DNA of 64,000 nt from Fimbriosthenelais zetlandica (Eukaryota), in assembly GCA_977030845.1 (NCBI GenBank), contig OZ365118.1, positions 3,224,001 through 3,288,000 of the forward strand. The letters are read 5' to 3'. Shown here in pieces: positions 25,901 through 39,900 of this stretch. Under the pieces are notes generated by a model that was not told the origin of the DNA, ran no database searches, and saw only the letters and a program-made list of their open reading frames with translations. Made by a program: the position numbers and the translations under genes. Every line of letters begins with the position of its first letter. The first letter of the stretch is position 1.

Positions 25901-28673
25901 GATTCTTATTCCCACCAACCTTTGATGGTCAGAGGAAAGTGACAAATCAGACTTGTACTTTATTCAACTGCTAAGTTGTCCATTTCTCACTGAGCCTCAA
26001 AGTTCATAAACTAACTTAGGACATTTTATTGAATGAGGCATAGAAAACACACCTTGGTGCTATATCTTCAAAGAGTTTCAAAGTGTAGTTCTAACTTAAA
26101 AAATGAAATATCGAGAAAAAATTGGTGAATGAAGAGAAACGTGTATGGACACAAAATACAATTACATCAAACCAGATAAAACATTCCCATGTGTTCACAA
26201 CTGGCAATGGATGAGACCCATGGGGCTGACCAAGGGCTGCCATAGAGTGGGAGGGTCATGGTAAAAGCCTGGGCCGGGCAAAAGGCAAGAGAGACAGCAG
26301 AGAGACTTTGATGTTGAGAATCGCCAGAATAAAGAACGCTATGAATATCCTGTCTCATTGATGACGTGAGAAATATGACGCGTGAGATCTTCATTGGACT
26401 TGCTCAGGGCTTAGAGTTATTCATTATTTTTACATCTTTTTAAACCTGTAAAATTTTGAATGGATAAGAAAAAGGGAATGTACATATGACCAGGGACATG
26501 ATATTTAAATCCCAAAGATCCCAAGAGTTTATTTCCAGAAATACTGAATTATATTGATAGTTGCATTTCTGGGAATAAGTTAATGAATGAAGGCATGTTT
26601 TGGGGGTAAGGACTAGTCTAGTTTGTTCTGGTCTGGCTTGTATTTCCTCTCCCCGCTCACTGTTTAGAGGATGATAACTGTATGGAGCCTGGACGGCTGA
26701 CCAGGGGAACAGGAAGAAATTCTGACCGCGGGAGTAGAACGGTAAATCTGGAGGCAGGATGTGTGGCTGCCTAACCAAGTCTCCTACATCATAAACTTAG
26801 CAAACGTGAGGCCCATATAAAGGGCCAAACTCCCCAGCCCTGCCCTGCCCTGTATGGCTGAAATACGGGGTAAATGAGAGGCAAATACTAGTTGGTGAAT
26901 CGGTCAGTTTACAAGTACCAATGGTGTTTGATATGTGATATGATGCCCTGTCAGAATCGTTCTATATCAGGGATCACTTTAAATCCCCGCCCATCATCTT
27001 AAGCTAAATCCCTCTCATAGGGACGGAGGTTAGAGATGGTGCACATAGTTGTGTATGAAATTGATAGAGACACCTGCCCAGCTCGCCTGCCTCTTCATAT
27101 AGCCTTTAGATTTACTCCTATCACAGCCAAACAGGTGTTGACATGAGGGCTAAACGTCCCCAATACAGCCATGCCTTCCCTCACTGTCTCTCCCCACCCT
27201 TCACCCCCTATAATCTCATAGACTCCACCTAACCGAATTTACCCTCCACTGGGGTCAATATTCAAAAAGCCATGGCCTTTACGAGTATCGGCTATTGGAT
27301 ATAGTTTACATACTTGACCCAGCCTCGCCAACTAGAGCCAGGCCCTCGGGAGGTTTGAGCATATGTATCTAAAGGATTGATGCTTTTGGTCTCAATGGTG
27401 GAATATTTGTACTCCCCTTATCCAGACTAGTGAGTGGTGAAATCTTATGAAAACCAGAGTCTACAATATCTCGTTACCCGTCAATCCATGGCCAATTCAC
27501 TTTTCATGGAGGGTTCAGTGGTGATTGGATCAAGTGTAGGGGATTGATTGTAGAGACCGTGGGGGAGGATCCTCCAGGGCAGGAGCACAATAAGTGGTGG
27601 TGATATAATCCTAATCTTGAAGCACCATCAGTCAGCTCACGTTTACGGACTGTTATTAGGCTAATGAGGTGTTTACACTGCATTGATTCAAGCATTAGTG
27701 TAACCTACTTCCATCATTATAAGAGTTAATCTATATATATAATCTAAAATAAATATTAAGTAAACCCCTTTAAGTTTCTCAATGTTCTTCTATCGCTGCA
27801 TTTAATTATGAAGCGCACACAAGAACTTTTAATCAGTGGCGTTTTGACATCTTCTAAATGTACTTGACATTTTGCTAAAATGTCATAATTTGAATATTTC
27901 ACGCATCGAATTGATCACATATTCAGCCATGCTCCCCGTCTCCCTTCCACTTACTGGCTTGGCCATTTGGAAGGTTTCTTGTGTTAGTAATGAAAGCTTG
28001 CCTTGCCCAGCTCAGCAGACATGAAAGGTTCTGAGTCTAGAAGAAAAGCCTTGTTAGGTTCAGGTGAATGTAGGGAACATTGCTTGACCGCTCAGATCAT
28101 TCATACCACCCTGCTCTGTGATCAGGCCCCATACAGGCTTGACCCTTGCTCCAGGGTCACCCGGCCTCAAAGCCCCAATCCATAGTAGTCTATGGAGAGA
28201 GGGTCAAGCCCAGGTTAAAGGTCAACCTAACCTTAGTTCGCAACTTAATAGACGCGAGCCAATAAGGATTAGCTGGGGATTATCCCTGGGCTGTAAACCG
28301 CTTAGTATGCTGGCGAGGTAAGCTGTATAGACTGACAGACACAAAGGCCCTCTCCTCCATGGTAAGAACGCTCCCCCGCTCCCCACTACCCCTGATTCAT
28401 AGACCTCCCATTAAATCTACATTTCAAATAACACTAAAACCCCCGAGCAGGCATCCCAGCTTATGTCTGACCATATACACTGATGCTTTATCCCTACCAC
28501 TGTAATATATAGAGCCGCTGCTAATTAGAAAACCTAATGAAGCAGACTGGATGGATGTTCAATTTGAAGTGGATTCTCAATGCTCTTTTTCCTGGTTAAA
28601 CCAAGCGAGTTTCTAACCCAAAGCTGGGGGCATTTTACACAGACGGGAATAAATGCCATCAGGGCCTTTGTTA

Positions 28674-28687
28674 CGCCCCCTGGTGGC
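28674..28687 (-). promoter_or_regulatory. CTCF-binding-site consensus match in protocadherin intron 1
   Basis: The minus strand reads GCCACCAGGGGGCG, identical to the canonical CTCF core CCACCAGGGGGCG. Motif match only. Confidence 0.5.
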
Positions 28688-31600
28688 TTGTCGCGTGGCA
28701 GGGCTGAAGGGCATTGAATTTACTGGTGGGTGGGGGTGGGGGTGGGCAATGCTACAGGTGGTAACTATGGATACAAAAACACACCATGGAGGAAAACTTT
28801 AAACAAAAATAAAACAAAAAAAGACCCTGGTCAGTGCCCTCCCATAATGAGATCACCAGAATGGCTCCTCCAATTTCACCTCCAAATGTTCACAATTTCC
28901 AGGTCCCTTTTTACGTTTTCGCTTTTGGAAATTGAGTTTTTTTTTAAACATTATCCCCTTCTGCATGGAAGCTTCCCTGAACAAAAGCCATTCTTGCAGG
29001 TCGTGAATAAGGACATGCAGCTTGTTGTTTTCCTATTCTCTCTACCTTACTTTCCCTTCAATCACAAAGCGTGAAGCTGGAATTGACGGCCGCAAGCGCG
29101 GAATGGACAAAATGATGGATGCTTGGAAAAAGGTTGGCGCTCCTGTTTGGAAAAGCCATTAAAACATGGTTGGGAGAGGTGAAGTGGTGAAAGGCATAAA
29201 ATATTGACTCTACCTGCAGCAACAAGTCTACCAGACCAGACGAGTTGCTCCTAACCTTGTTTTATGTAAGCAAGCACTCATATTGATAGATTAACTCGGC
29301 ATTCATATGACCAAGGTGGCTTCCCTATACATGACCCTTATATAGTGTTGATTCAGCCAGGTTTCCTCCCTCCCAAGCACACACAGTCTGGTCCCCACCC
29401 TCCCCCATCCCCTGAGCTATACACACATATTATTGTTTAATCAAAAGGCTCTCGCTCCATCAGCCAGGGAGGGGAGGTGGAAGCACAAAGGTGGAGCTTG
29501 GTATTGTCATTAAACCTTGTCAATGGTTTGTCTCTTCACAGAAGAAAGGTTCTCCCGGGGACGACCAGACTCCAGGCGAGCTGGCTGGATGCTAGCCACT
29601 GCTCCCCAGTGTCTGCTAGGTTACCGCAAATTATATCCAATTATAGAGAATGATATCTCCCCCCGCCTCTACCAGGCTTCTCACTACAGGGACAACTTGT
29701 TTATATCTTAATACTCACTTAATAGATGGGAGGTGGTATTAGGTGGGAGGATGTAGAAGGGGGGAGTCCCTATATGGATCAGACTCATCCAGGGACCCCA
29801 CTATAGTCTCTATTAGTCAAGTTTGCTCATCAACAGTATTCAGGTATCCTTGAACTCAGAATATAGTGCGATTTCTCATAGAAGATGCTAATGGAAATGC
29901 ACAAGAATGACACGAGCGAAAGAACCTAGACTTAGAATAATTGTCAGTTTAGAAAAAGATAATATACCCCTGCAGTATGTCGCTGATGACTACAAAATGG
30001 TCCAATGTAACATTGAAATGTCATTGCATACTCTTGTGAAATTTAAGGTCATGTTCCAAGAGCAGCCCTGCAAGATTGGTTGAATAATGGTTTAATATTA
30101 ACGATAACATTTAAGGGTGATTCTCCCGCTTCTCTACCAGAGTCCAGTGATGGAGTGAGAGCGTATGAGGAGCTGCTCCTGCCACGTTAAAAGAGCCGGA
30201 CTGTTATACGTCCAGCCGCCGTGGGTGGGGTGGATTAAGCAGCGTACAGGGAGTAGTATATGAAGTAGGTCCGTGGAGGCAGGGATTCAATGCTCCATTA
30301 TTTACGTTCACGGGCACAAAACCTCATCCCAGACTTATTGTGAGCGCATCTCAATGGACTGATATAGCGGTCAGAGATAAATCCTGATAGAGGGCCATGG
30401 CCCGACACGATTACTTAACAGGCACTCCCCTCAACATAGCGGTGTATAGGCTTAACACAAAGCCATATAGAAAACAATGCCCTCCACTATACATGCCATA
30501 TTCCATCTGATCTAAAAGTTTTTATTATGACTGGGCGTTGTTTATGGCTTGATATATTGAATTCGGAATTGATTAGTGGAAAGTCTTTGAATGGTCTTTC
30601 TTTGGAGGCTGGACCTCATTTGGAGGCATTATGGTAGCATTAGTATGCTGCTTGACGCATGTACAGGTGGTCTATAGCATGTATAAGGTGTGAATTCATT
30701 CAGTTGGCATCATATACTGAGTCATATAGGTCTCTAATAAGACCACTGATGGAATGTTATGCTCCCTTCAAGTATTCCCAGTCATAAACGGTAATAATTC
30801 ACACGTGGCCCGCACACCACCTCTTAGATGTTCCCAGACTGATAATAACTCCTCCATACATGAGGTCAAAGCTATGATGTTTCCAGAAGACATTTTAAAA
30901 GTCCTCCCGAGAAATGAAGGTCATAGTTTAAAAGGCAATGCTGGAATAGACCTTGCATGTGGGTGTAAGTTTATCATGGGTATCTCTTAAGAAGATGGTC
31001 TGGGAAGAGGTGAACCCTCACCCCCACCCTGACACCACCACCCCGGGGTCACGTGGGGTGTTGCCATGGATACATGCCGACAGTCACAGGTGCGGGGGGA
31101 TGAGAGGGTCCGGGCTAAGCCCCATCCCTCCCATTATGATAGCCTGTAAGCCGCTGAGAGGTAGGCCTGCCCCGACCCTACCCCTGATCCCTGCACGCTC
31201 TTTGTACCTGGGCGGTGTAACCTTACACCAGCCATCTCAGGTTGTGTGACCACAAAGCTTTAAAGAGAAAAAGAAGCGTCCTCATTTCCTTTAATTACCA
31301 TTGGAAAATCGGTATAATTGTCCCCCTTCTGTAACAGATCAAAATATCGAGATTCCATGTTTTAAATCAGGTTTCTATGGAAACATGTGGGAGGTTTCTA
31401 TGGAAACTGGTGGAAGAACCCACAAATATTAAAACAAGAACAAGAATGAAATGGCAGATATTCTGGATCATCAATGCCCTGTGGTTGATAATAAAACATT
31501 GGTGTTTGCCTTGTGAATTACACTGACATTTTCGATGCTGTATTTTAAGTTTGGAATGAAGTCGTCTGTTTGGATGGCAGTTCCCGGGATAAAATGACAA

Positions 31601-33060
31601 GTGTAAGTGGATGGAGGCGCCAGGCGGGAGATATGGCGTGGAAACTGGGCGTTTGATAAGCCTGTGACTGGGGGCTATGACCTTTAGTGGCTCTCTGACA
31701 GAAAGTGGTGCTTCTGGTGGTGGCATCAGAGTGGTGCTGGTGTTGGCCATATCAGTACCCTCTAGCTCTACCCATTACCCTCTCCTTACCCTCTCCACTC
31801 ACCTGTATGGTCGGCTTGGTTAGCCTGTCCCAGCCAGCCCCTGACCAGGCTGAAATGAGGGAGAAAATGGCCGCCCGATCCATCAGTGTTATGGTCGGGG
31901 AGGGGGTGTCTGTCAGCCCATTCACCCACACCACACACTCGTCACTTACAAATCAACAAATCTGCCATCTTTTTATCCCTGGAGTGGGGAGTATTGGGGT
32001 CCCGGGATCACTTAAAAAGTCCAGAGAGCTTTTATAATCCAGGACGTATGTGATAGGCTATGATGGGATTAGTTAGTAATCCCAGTATGGAACTAACGCT
32101 CATCGATATTACCCCTACATGTGTCATGCACATTTTACCCATCCACCCAGCGCCTTTGACGGTACCTTTTGATGTACCCTGACCGTTTTTGTCTTTAAAT
32201 ACTCATCCAGTCAGGTTACGACTGTGTCCCTTTAACGACAGTTGGAAAGTTTGCCTGAGAAACAAACTTCAAAAGCTATGTTTGCATGTGATGGAAACAC
32301 CTGCAACAATAGACTGCTAATCTACCGTCACACGCATATCACTGACTGGCCTTTATAGCATTGAGCACAACTCCCCCATCCCCCACAACACTGCCATTTA
32401 TAGCAATTATCACAAGGTGTAAGGAAAGAATAGGAACTGGCACATTATCACAACAAGTGATGAAAACCGAGTGAATAGAGTGTTTAAAGCATTGTCAAAT
32501 ACCTTGATAAAATATTAAAGGAGGACATGCAAGCACAGAGTGGGCTTTATTACACAGACGTGTGGGATTAATCACAGATTAATGACAGCACAGTTGATCG
32601 CGGGTTTAAGCGTCCGTGGTGACACATTGGGAAGACCTGGTTGATTTTTGTTAGGTAAAAGCACTGCTGACGTCTGCAGAATAAGACTGAAGGTGTATGG
32701 GTGGGAGGAGGGCATCATCCATAACTGTAAGACCTCTTTCTGTTCCTCTAGACAGCTCATGTCTATGACTGTTACTAAGACAGTCTGCCTGTCTGCATAC
32801 TACATCATATCCCTGCCAGACCTTCCAGGAAAAAACACACCCCTGGGTCACATTTAGTCTTCTAACTAATACATTTCCTCTCTCAGGTCCGTGCCCTTCT
32901 TGTACTTCTGTCACTGCTTTCAATGGTAAGAACCCAGGATTGAACCTCTATTTCCTCTACCCCAACCTGCCGTCAGTGGATGTGAATATTTGATAACGTC
33001 TTATGATCTATGACCTTCTCCCTTATACTGCCAGCACGGGGGTATAGTAATGCTGGCTGC

Positions 33061-33116
33061 ATACTGACTACATGGCCTGCCAACACGGAGGTAGCTGTAT
33101 ACTGACTACATGGCCT
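33061..33116. repeat. 18-bp exact direct repeat (period 38)
   Basis: ATACTGACTACATGGCCT at 33061-33078 and 33099-33116. Confidence 0.85.
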
Positions 33117-34404
33117 ACTGTGTTAGCCACATTGTGAATCACTTCTCCAGCCTCTCTACATTGATTCACGTCTCACAATACATAAACATATGCTGATGGC
33201 ACCGGGGAAATCAAGCATGCTGTGAGGCTGCCACTGCTTCCAGCTAGACCAATAATACCTGGATATATCCCCCTCCCTGGGCCACAAATCTTCCCACCAT
33301 CTTCCTTACTTCCATCCTCTATATAAAATGACACAGCCCATAATGATATTTACCATATAAATGTCATTCCAGCATTCCTTTTATTTTCTTTCATATAGAA
33401 TGTATACTTCTGTACTATTCAAACATACGAAGCATCAGACCCAGGGAGGGTATTTAAACCTATAAAGTAGGTGAGGGAGTTTGGGAGTGAGGAATTACTT
33501 TAGTCCACTTCATTAATATTGCCTGGGGCTATGATTTCCTCGGTCCCACCCCCTGTAGACTGGACCCACCCCCTCCGGCCTGGGCCATACTTGCAGCACG
33601 ATACATTGCGATGATTAAGCGTTGATGGCCGGTATTGAATGAGTATTGTATAGGTCTAAAGGTGGCCAGCCCCTTGGTCGGCCACTCTATAGTGGGGGTA
33701 TTGAGGGAGACGTATATTGGGACGGTGGGTGGTGACTGGGGAGTGGGAGAAGCCACACCTCATGCTTCCCATGACCGCTGGCACATTCTCTAGCTGTGTG
33801 TCTCTCTTAAGCTTGCTACTGGTCGTGCATAAACAATGTAGTTTCTATTCTTGTCTGCTACTGGAAAAAAGGTCGGTGTTGAAATTCTGACTGCTTGGAA
33901 TAGTCAAACACCATGAAAAGCCCCATGATGTTATCTCTGGAATTCAAGAAAACTGATTCCAAAAACTGATAAAATGTTTGATATTCATCATGAAAGTTGA
34001 TGCCCTTTTTAAGCTGTATAGGTATTTTGTTTAGTTTGAATCAGGAGCGGTATTTAGTTGTCTTTTGAAGTCGGAACCTGCTAATTTGATATTGAAACAG
34101 TATCAAAAGAGCACCGGAATAGGTAGGTACCCCACTGATGCGAACCTCAGCATATGTTAGTGCTGGAGCAGATGTAGTAGTGACCACTACTGACCACCGC
34201 TGATTACAATGGTCAGTCCATCCCACATGTACATCCCCATTACCTACCATCTGGTAGACTGACCATACACATATATATACCTGCTTATCTTATCTATATC
34301 AACCACCTATAAACTAAAGCACCCACCTGCAATCACCCCCTGGGGGTCTAACCCCTCCCCATCTACCACACCTGTATCTGTTACCTGTCCATCTATATAC
34401 CCCC

Positions 34405-34468
34405 AACAACCAGACCCTAACAACCAGTGGTCACTTCTAAACAACCAGACCCTAACAACCACTGGTCA
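34405..34468. repeat. 29-bp direct repeat (period 35)
   Basis: AACAACCAGACCCTAACAACCAGTGGTCA (34405-34433) and AACAACCAGACCCTAACAACCACTGGTCA (34440-34468), one mismatch. Confidence 0.85.
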
Positions 34469-36776
34469 GTCCCAATTGTGGACCAACTGATTTACTCCCT
34501 ACCAGCAGGGTATCCCCTCCACTGGAAATGACCATCTAGAAACATGACCAACTGTGAAAAGGCCCTCCAGTCTAAAGGGCTTCGCCTAAGGGCTTGCTCC
34601 TAGTCCAACAAAGCCCTATGCTATATGATACCTCAATGTTCCTCTCGGCCCTCCTGGGCTAATTCCGCCCGTACCTTGGCCTCCTGGATCCAGCGGGGCT
34701 TTGATATTACCTGGCTGGCTGAGTGGCACAGCGACCAACAAAGCATTAGTTAGTTTTCTAAGGTAAAGTAAGTCGAGTACCCCTCTGTCTCTCAAGACGC
34801 GCCCGGCACAGCCTCTTCCAGTTACAGCTAAAATGAGGTATCCCTTTCTGACAATCAACTCTCTGCTTTCTCATTACCATTGGAGGGGGTCCATGCAATC
34901 AGGATATTGGCTGTCTGTGCGTGCATTTAATTGCGGGCGCATAAAGAAAGATTGTACTTGTTCATTTGATTTACCAGTCGGTAGGAGACTGAGTTTGAAT
35001 AACAAATACAATTTGTCACTCAGCGATGATAGATCTTTTAACGAAGCCATTTCCTTCACATGCAAACCTAACTTGTAAGTTGTTTGCTATAAGAGAGACA
35101 TACTCTATGCTATCTTTATTGACGGTGTATCAAAAGCTTAAAGTCTGTAGATACCTCCACAAGGTGACACGGGGTATATGAATAGCACACACACCTCCTT
35201 GGATCCTTACTTGACTTTGATCGATACAGACTTGATCTGATTGGACAAAGAGCCGCCGGCTGGTAGCGCTGCTTCTGCCCATTGATTCAATCTCTAACAA
35301 GAGATGACCTGCGGGATATTATTGTTATCTCTAATCTCGTTTCTCCCGCCATCTTGTTATTATCAGATGATCATGTCAGCGCCCGGTACCTTCCAGGCCT
35401 CTCTCCACCTGACCTGACTGGTCTATCTTACTTCATTAAACCTGCCCCAGGTACATTATGGAATGTGAGCTGGAAGCAACCAAGGCTGAAACTCTGACCT
35501 ATTGGTTTTCATCTCATTCTATCACTATACCTTCCTCCTAACGAGATCAACTAGCCTACCCTCACCTGACATGGGAAGGGAGCAATTTTAGTCCGGTCCT
35601 GTTTTTTCAAAGACTCAGGAAAGTAGTGGACATTTGAGTAGCATAGCCAGGCAAAGGTTAATAGGCTGGTTATTTACCTTCTCTCGGACCTACTCACTGT
35701 CTCTTATTCAAGTGAGGTCTGGGATCACTTTCTATTCTGAGAATCTCTGACTGGCTCTCCGTCACTGGCCTCGGGATGAATTGATGCCCTTCTGACATCA
35801 ATACCCGGGTGTTTGTTACCTGCTTGTGTTTCACGAGCCCCCCTGCCCCCGGAATGGCCCTTTCAAGACAAAAGCGCCACTTTAGTGAATGAGAATGAGG
35901 AGATGTGCTTAAATTGCACTCGGGTCACCTGTGTGGGAATGTAGATGAACTGACCCCAGGGCAGGAGACCTTTGGATGGAGAAACATAAAGGCCCTATGC
36001 CTTATCGCATGTGCCATTTTCAACCACAATCAATCCGCCCTTTGAAAACCCAAATAAAACTGGGATTTTCAGCCATGGGTTGTGTAGTTAATTTGATTGG
36101 ATACTGTAGATGTTTCACTTTGACTCGTCCTCCAGGCCGAGTGGCATTTGATTATTTCCTACCTTGCTGACCATGTCCGAGTAGATTGATTAAGCTATCA
36201 GTAGTGGAGCAGACCAGCTACTGGTCAACCTGGGACCATGCAGCACTGGCAGCTCATCCCTCCCCCTTGACACTTCAGTCTTGACCACTGTCCGTGCAGG
36301 TATTGACCACTAAACAAGGTGGCAAGTGGTGCTTGATTAGTCTCTGTCCCAGTACTTACAACCTGGGCGTTACTCGACGTGACATTCTCAGATAAAGCAG
36401 CTAAATGGAGAGCGCCTAGTGGTCCTTATCTAATGGTCAATGGGCCGTACCGGTAAAAAGGTCAGAGATTTTAGACCTTAATGTTGATGTGAGACGGGGA
36501 TGGATGGTGGGTGTACACCGGTGATGTCCTCTATAGCAGGGATTGAGTGATAACTCTAGCCGGGATATAAATGCCAGGAGATGTGAGCTCCTCCTCAGAT
36601 TGATGTGGCCATATTGTTACATTTAAGAGAGCCGGGATTAACATGGTCAGACCACTGCTCTCATGGCGGTCAAGGTCTTAAAATGACCGACGGTCAAGGA
36701 CCAACTCTGCGGGAGATTACCCGAGATATGTGAACTGGTTTTGTGGTCACTTCAGGGGTATTTCAACGGTTACATT

Positions 36777-36923
36777 TCATATGAATAAGAATTCCTGTTG
36801 AAAAGAGACCGGGGAAGTATTTGAAAGAGTGTCAAAAGGTCTTCGCCCTGCTTGTCCAAAGGTCCTTAGATTGCCATACTGACCATTCCACGACCCCCCT
36901 CGGTCAACTTTCCCTAAAATATA
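36777..36923 (-). CDS. Candidate alternative terminal coding exon of the protocadherin (48 aa)
   Basis: Acceptor CATTTTCAG| at 36924, with a long T-rich tract 45-90 nt upstream. Phase 0, in frame with the exon 1 donor: YILGKVDRGGSWNGQYGNLRTFGQAGRRPFDTLSNTSPVSFQQEFLFI*. Contains WIRS-like LRTFGQ. No transcript support. Confidence 0.35.
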   Translation of the reverse strand, partial: YILGKVDRGGSWNGQYGNLRTFGQAGRRPFDTLSNTSPVSFQQEFLFI

Positions 36924-39900
36924 CTGAAAATGCGGCGACTTACAAAGAAAATGAAGTATTTGCCTTCTAAATTCCATGAAAAACACAAACAAAAACAGAA
37001 GAAAAAAGAAGATAGTGTATAAATTGTCAGCTTTTCAGAGCGTCACCTCCGGGTTGGGGGGCGCTGAATGATAAGGGAACTAATGTGGTTTGACAGGAAG
37101 ATATGGGCGACACGGTGGAGAGGTGGGAACAGGTGACCATATCAGACAGGCCTGGAGGAATAATGACTACATTAGACTGGACATGCCAATCATGAGCTAC
37201 ATGTGACACCTCCTACTGAGCCGGACCCGGGAGGTGGCCAGGGTCACTCAGTGTCAAACGCTGGGTGGGGACAGCTAATTGATAAGCATTCCTGCCTATA
37301 TGGTCTCACCATTATTTATTAGCACCCAACTGTAGTTCATGAAAAGCCTAGACACTTTCTTTTCTTTGTATTATTCAGAAATCTTTGTAGAGCTGCTCGG
37401 TTTTCCTATAGTTTCTTGTGCCAACATGTTGAGTTTCAAATTAAATTCTTCGTTTTCATTTAAACTTGATATAATCCCATCTAAATTACACGATAATTTC
37501 CCATATACATGTGATAAATATCTTTTGAATGTTAGATTTGAGGCCCATATATGTTCCTTTATTACTCCATTCAGATAAATAAGTTCTAATTTAATATCAA
37601 AACTATTTTCAAGAGCTTTAGGACGAAAAGCAAATGTAAAGGACAATATTTTGGTAGCTGTTAATAAAGCCACTGAATGGTTGTATTGAGAACCCGGTGG
37701 TTTCATTACAATTAATAACAAGGCCTTGGTTCCCAGTACAGTGATACCTGCAAGGTAATCCAATTCCATTATAGAGTCTGTAAGACCACTATGTCCTTAA
37801 AATGATTGCTTCATATCCATTCACTCTATGAGGCAGGCCTCGCGTCACAATGAGAGATACCCTTCCCTGTCGTGTGATACTCAAATCAGACTAAAACCAC
37901 ATTGATGAGAGCCTAACGGGATTCTTTTAGAAATTGCCTTCAAATATGATCAAGGTGTTTGAAAAGTCATCAAAGCATGAAATGAACTCTAATCCAAATT
38001 GATGATTCCCTTTATAACTGATTCCCATCTTAGAGTAAAATTACTCTAAGTTCCCATGAATTCCCATGAGCGGTAAATCTCAAGTGCTCCGTTTCCAGGA
38101 GCTGTGTTGAGAACGTGAGAGCCGCATTAGCCAGTACAGATGACATAGTCAGTGAGTATCATAGAGTTTTACATGATTAACAGCTAGCCCTTCTCTTCAC
38201 TTGTAACTGTTCCATCTGATCACGCCTCCAGCTCATTTCCTCCACCCATCCCCCGCTCTGCTTGTCTAGGCTTTTGACTGGCTCTTGAAGGACTCACTTA
38301 TGATAACTTGCCTGGCTTTCCTTCCCAATGACAAATGGCAGAAGGTAGTGTGTGAAGAGGCTTGATAGACTGTAGCGGAAACCACTCTGAACATCAGTCC
38401 ATCTTGACTAAATGCTACAATGGTCGGGGATTCGGCTCTGCCTATAGACCTGATAAAAAATACTGCCTCCATTCAAGAGGATTGCAATATCCTTCTGTGA
38501 GAGGAGGCAGGCGGGAGAGGCTTCACTCTGCCAGATAAGATTCCCTGTCTTTGTCAAGTGAGAATGGCCAGAGATTAACACTATTCAAATGATATTTTTA
38601 AACCCCCCTTTTTAGGCTTTAAAGTAAGTACTTTTTTAGTCCATTCAATACTTAGTTGTGGAGTGAAGCTGTGGATTTTATCCCCGAGAAAAAGGTATTT
38701 AATTTGTAGGGAGAGGTTGAGCGTAATAGATAGTTTGTGAAAAAGAAAGCCCAGGCGATCTATATAGCTGGAGCACTAATACTCTTACACGTCGCTGAAA
38801 TAGGCTCATGTATCGAATCGTAGTCTGTGTCATCATATAATATTTCTAGATTGGCTTCTTTGCATGGGACCGAGTGAAGGGAGGGAGAGACAGGAAAAAC
38901 GAGTCGGTTGAGAGGTGTAGAAAGAGAGGCCCTGAGAGGCACATAGATCTGGTAGTGATGAGACATGCTATGATACATTCAGAGTTATAGGTACCATAGA
39001 GGATCCCAATAGGGCACTAGGCCCTTACACATGCATATCTCAATAACGGTAGCCGAGTGTAACCGTGCATAGAGAAAGTTGTCAGATTTAAAGCTGTCGT
39101 TATTGTGGGAGTGTGTGACAATGGTCTGATATAGAATGGAAGGCGTCGCTGCTTGCATACCGCTACAAATGACATCCAGATTGAATAGACGCCTTGAGAG
39201 GGATCCACCATAGCTTTCATGTCAGATGAGCTTAGCTAAGCTGTACAGTTTCTACATATTGCTTCATAGATACCCAAATGTGCTGCCCGCGCACGCCAAA
39301 CTAAGACTCTCTCTTAAGTCGCCCCTTTCCTTGCCGCTCAGTCTCTTGGATCTTTTTCCATGGGAAGATGAATTGGTGTGAGGCGGTGATTTGGTCGCGC
39401 GGTGCTGGAGGATGAAGACAGCTAACACAGAATCAGGATGTACTATATCCGGTCAGAAGTGTCCATGCGAAAACAAGAGGAATGGCTGACAACCCTTGGG
39501 GTGGGGAGGGGGTCTCGCCCCCAATTTTTCAAATTTTCTTGGAATACCCTTATGCATTCAACTTGTCTCTTTGATGAAATTGCTAAATTCTGATTCATTG
39601 AGGAAAATTCCAGTTCTCCTTTGACTGATATGTTATCTTTGCTGAAATATCAAGTCTTTGGATAAAAAAAATTCTGTTGGGTGTGGTATTTAAAAAACAT
39701 AATGGCAGAAAAATATCCCAAAAGTTTCCTGGCCAGCAGGAGGGCCTATTAGTGGCGCCCCCTCTGCTGTAGAGGGCGTGCAGGCGCGAGGCCTAATCTT
39801 GAACTGAGAAATCTTCCTATCTCACAGTGAAGGGTGCGTTACCCTAGCCTCACCCCACACTCCACCAGTCAAGGGGCCTCCTCACCATAAGCCTTTATAG

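Noticed and set aside
36944-36966. 23-nt microexon (TAG acceptor, TTT|GTAAGT donor) just upstream of the candidate alternative last exon
   Set aside because: Its length is not a multiple of 3, so it would frameshift the tail; no supporting evidence.
37371-37769. 132-aa AT-rich minus-strand ORF in intron 1
   Set aside because: No recognisable domain and no convincing donor; about one ORF of this length is expected by chance in 64 kb. A BLASTP hit would reopen it.
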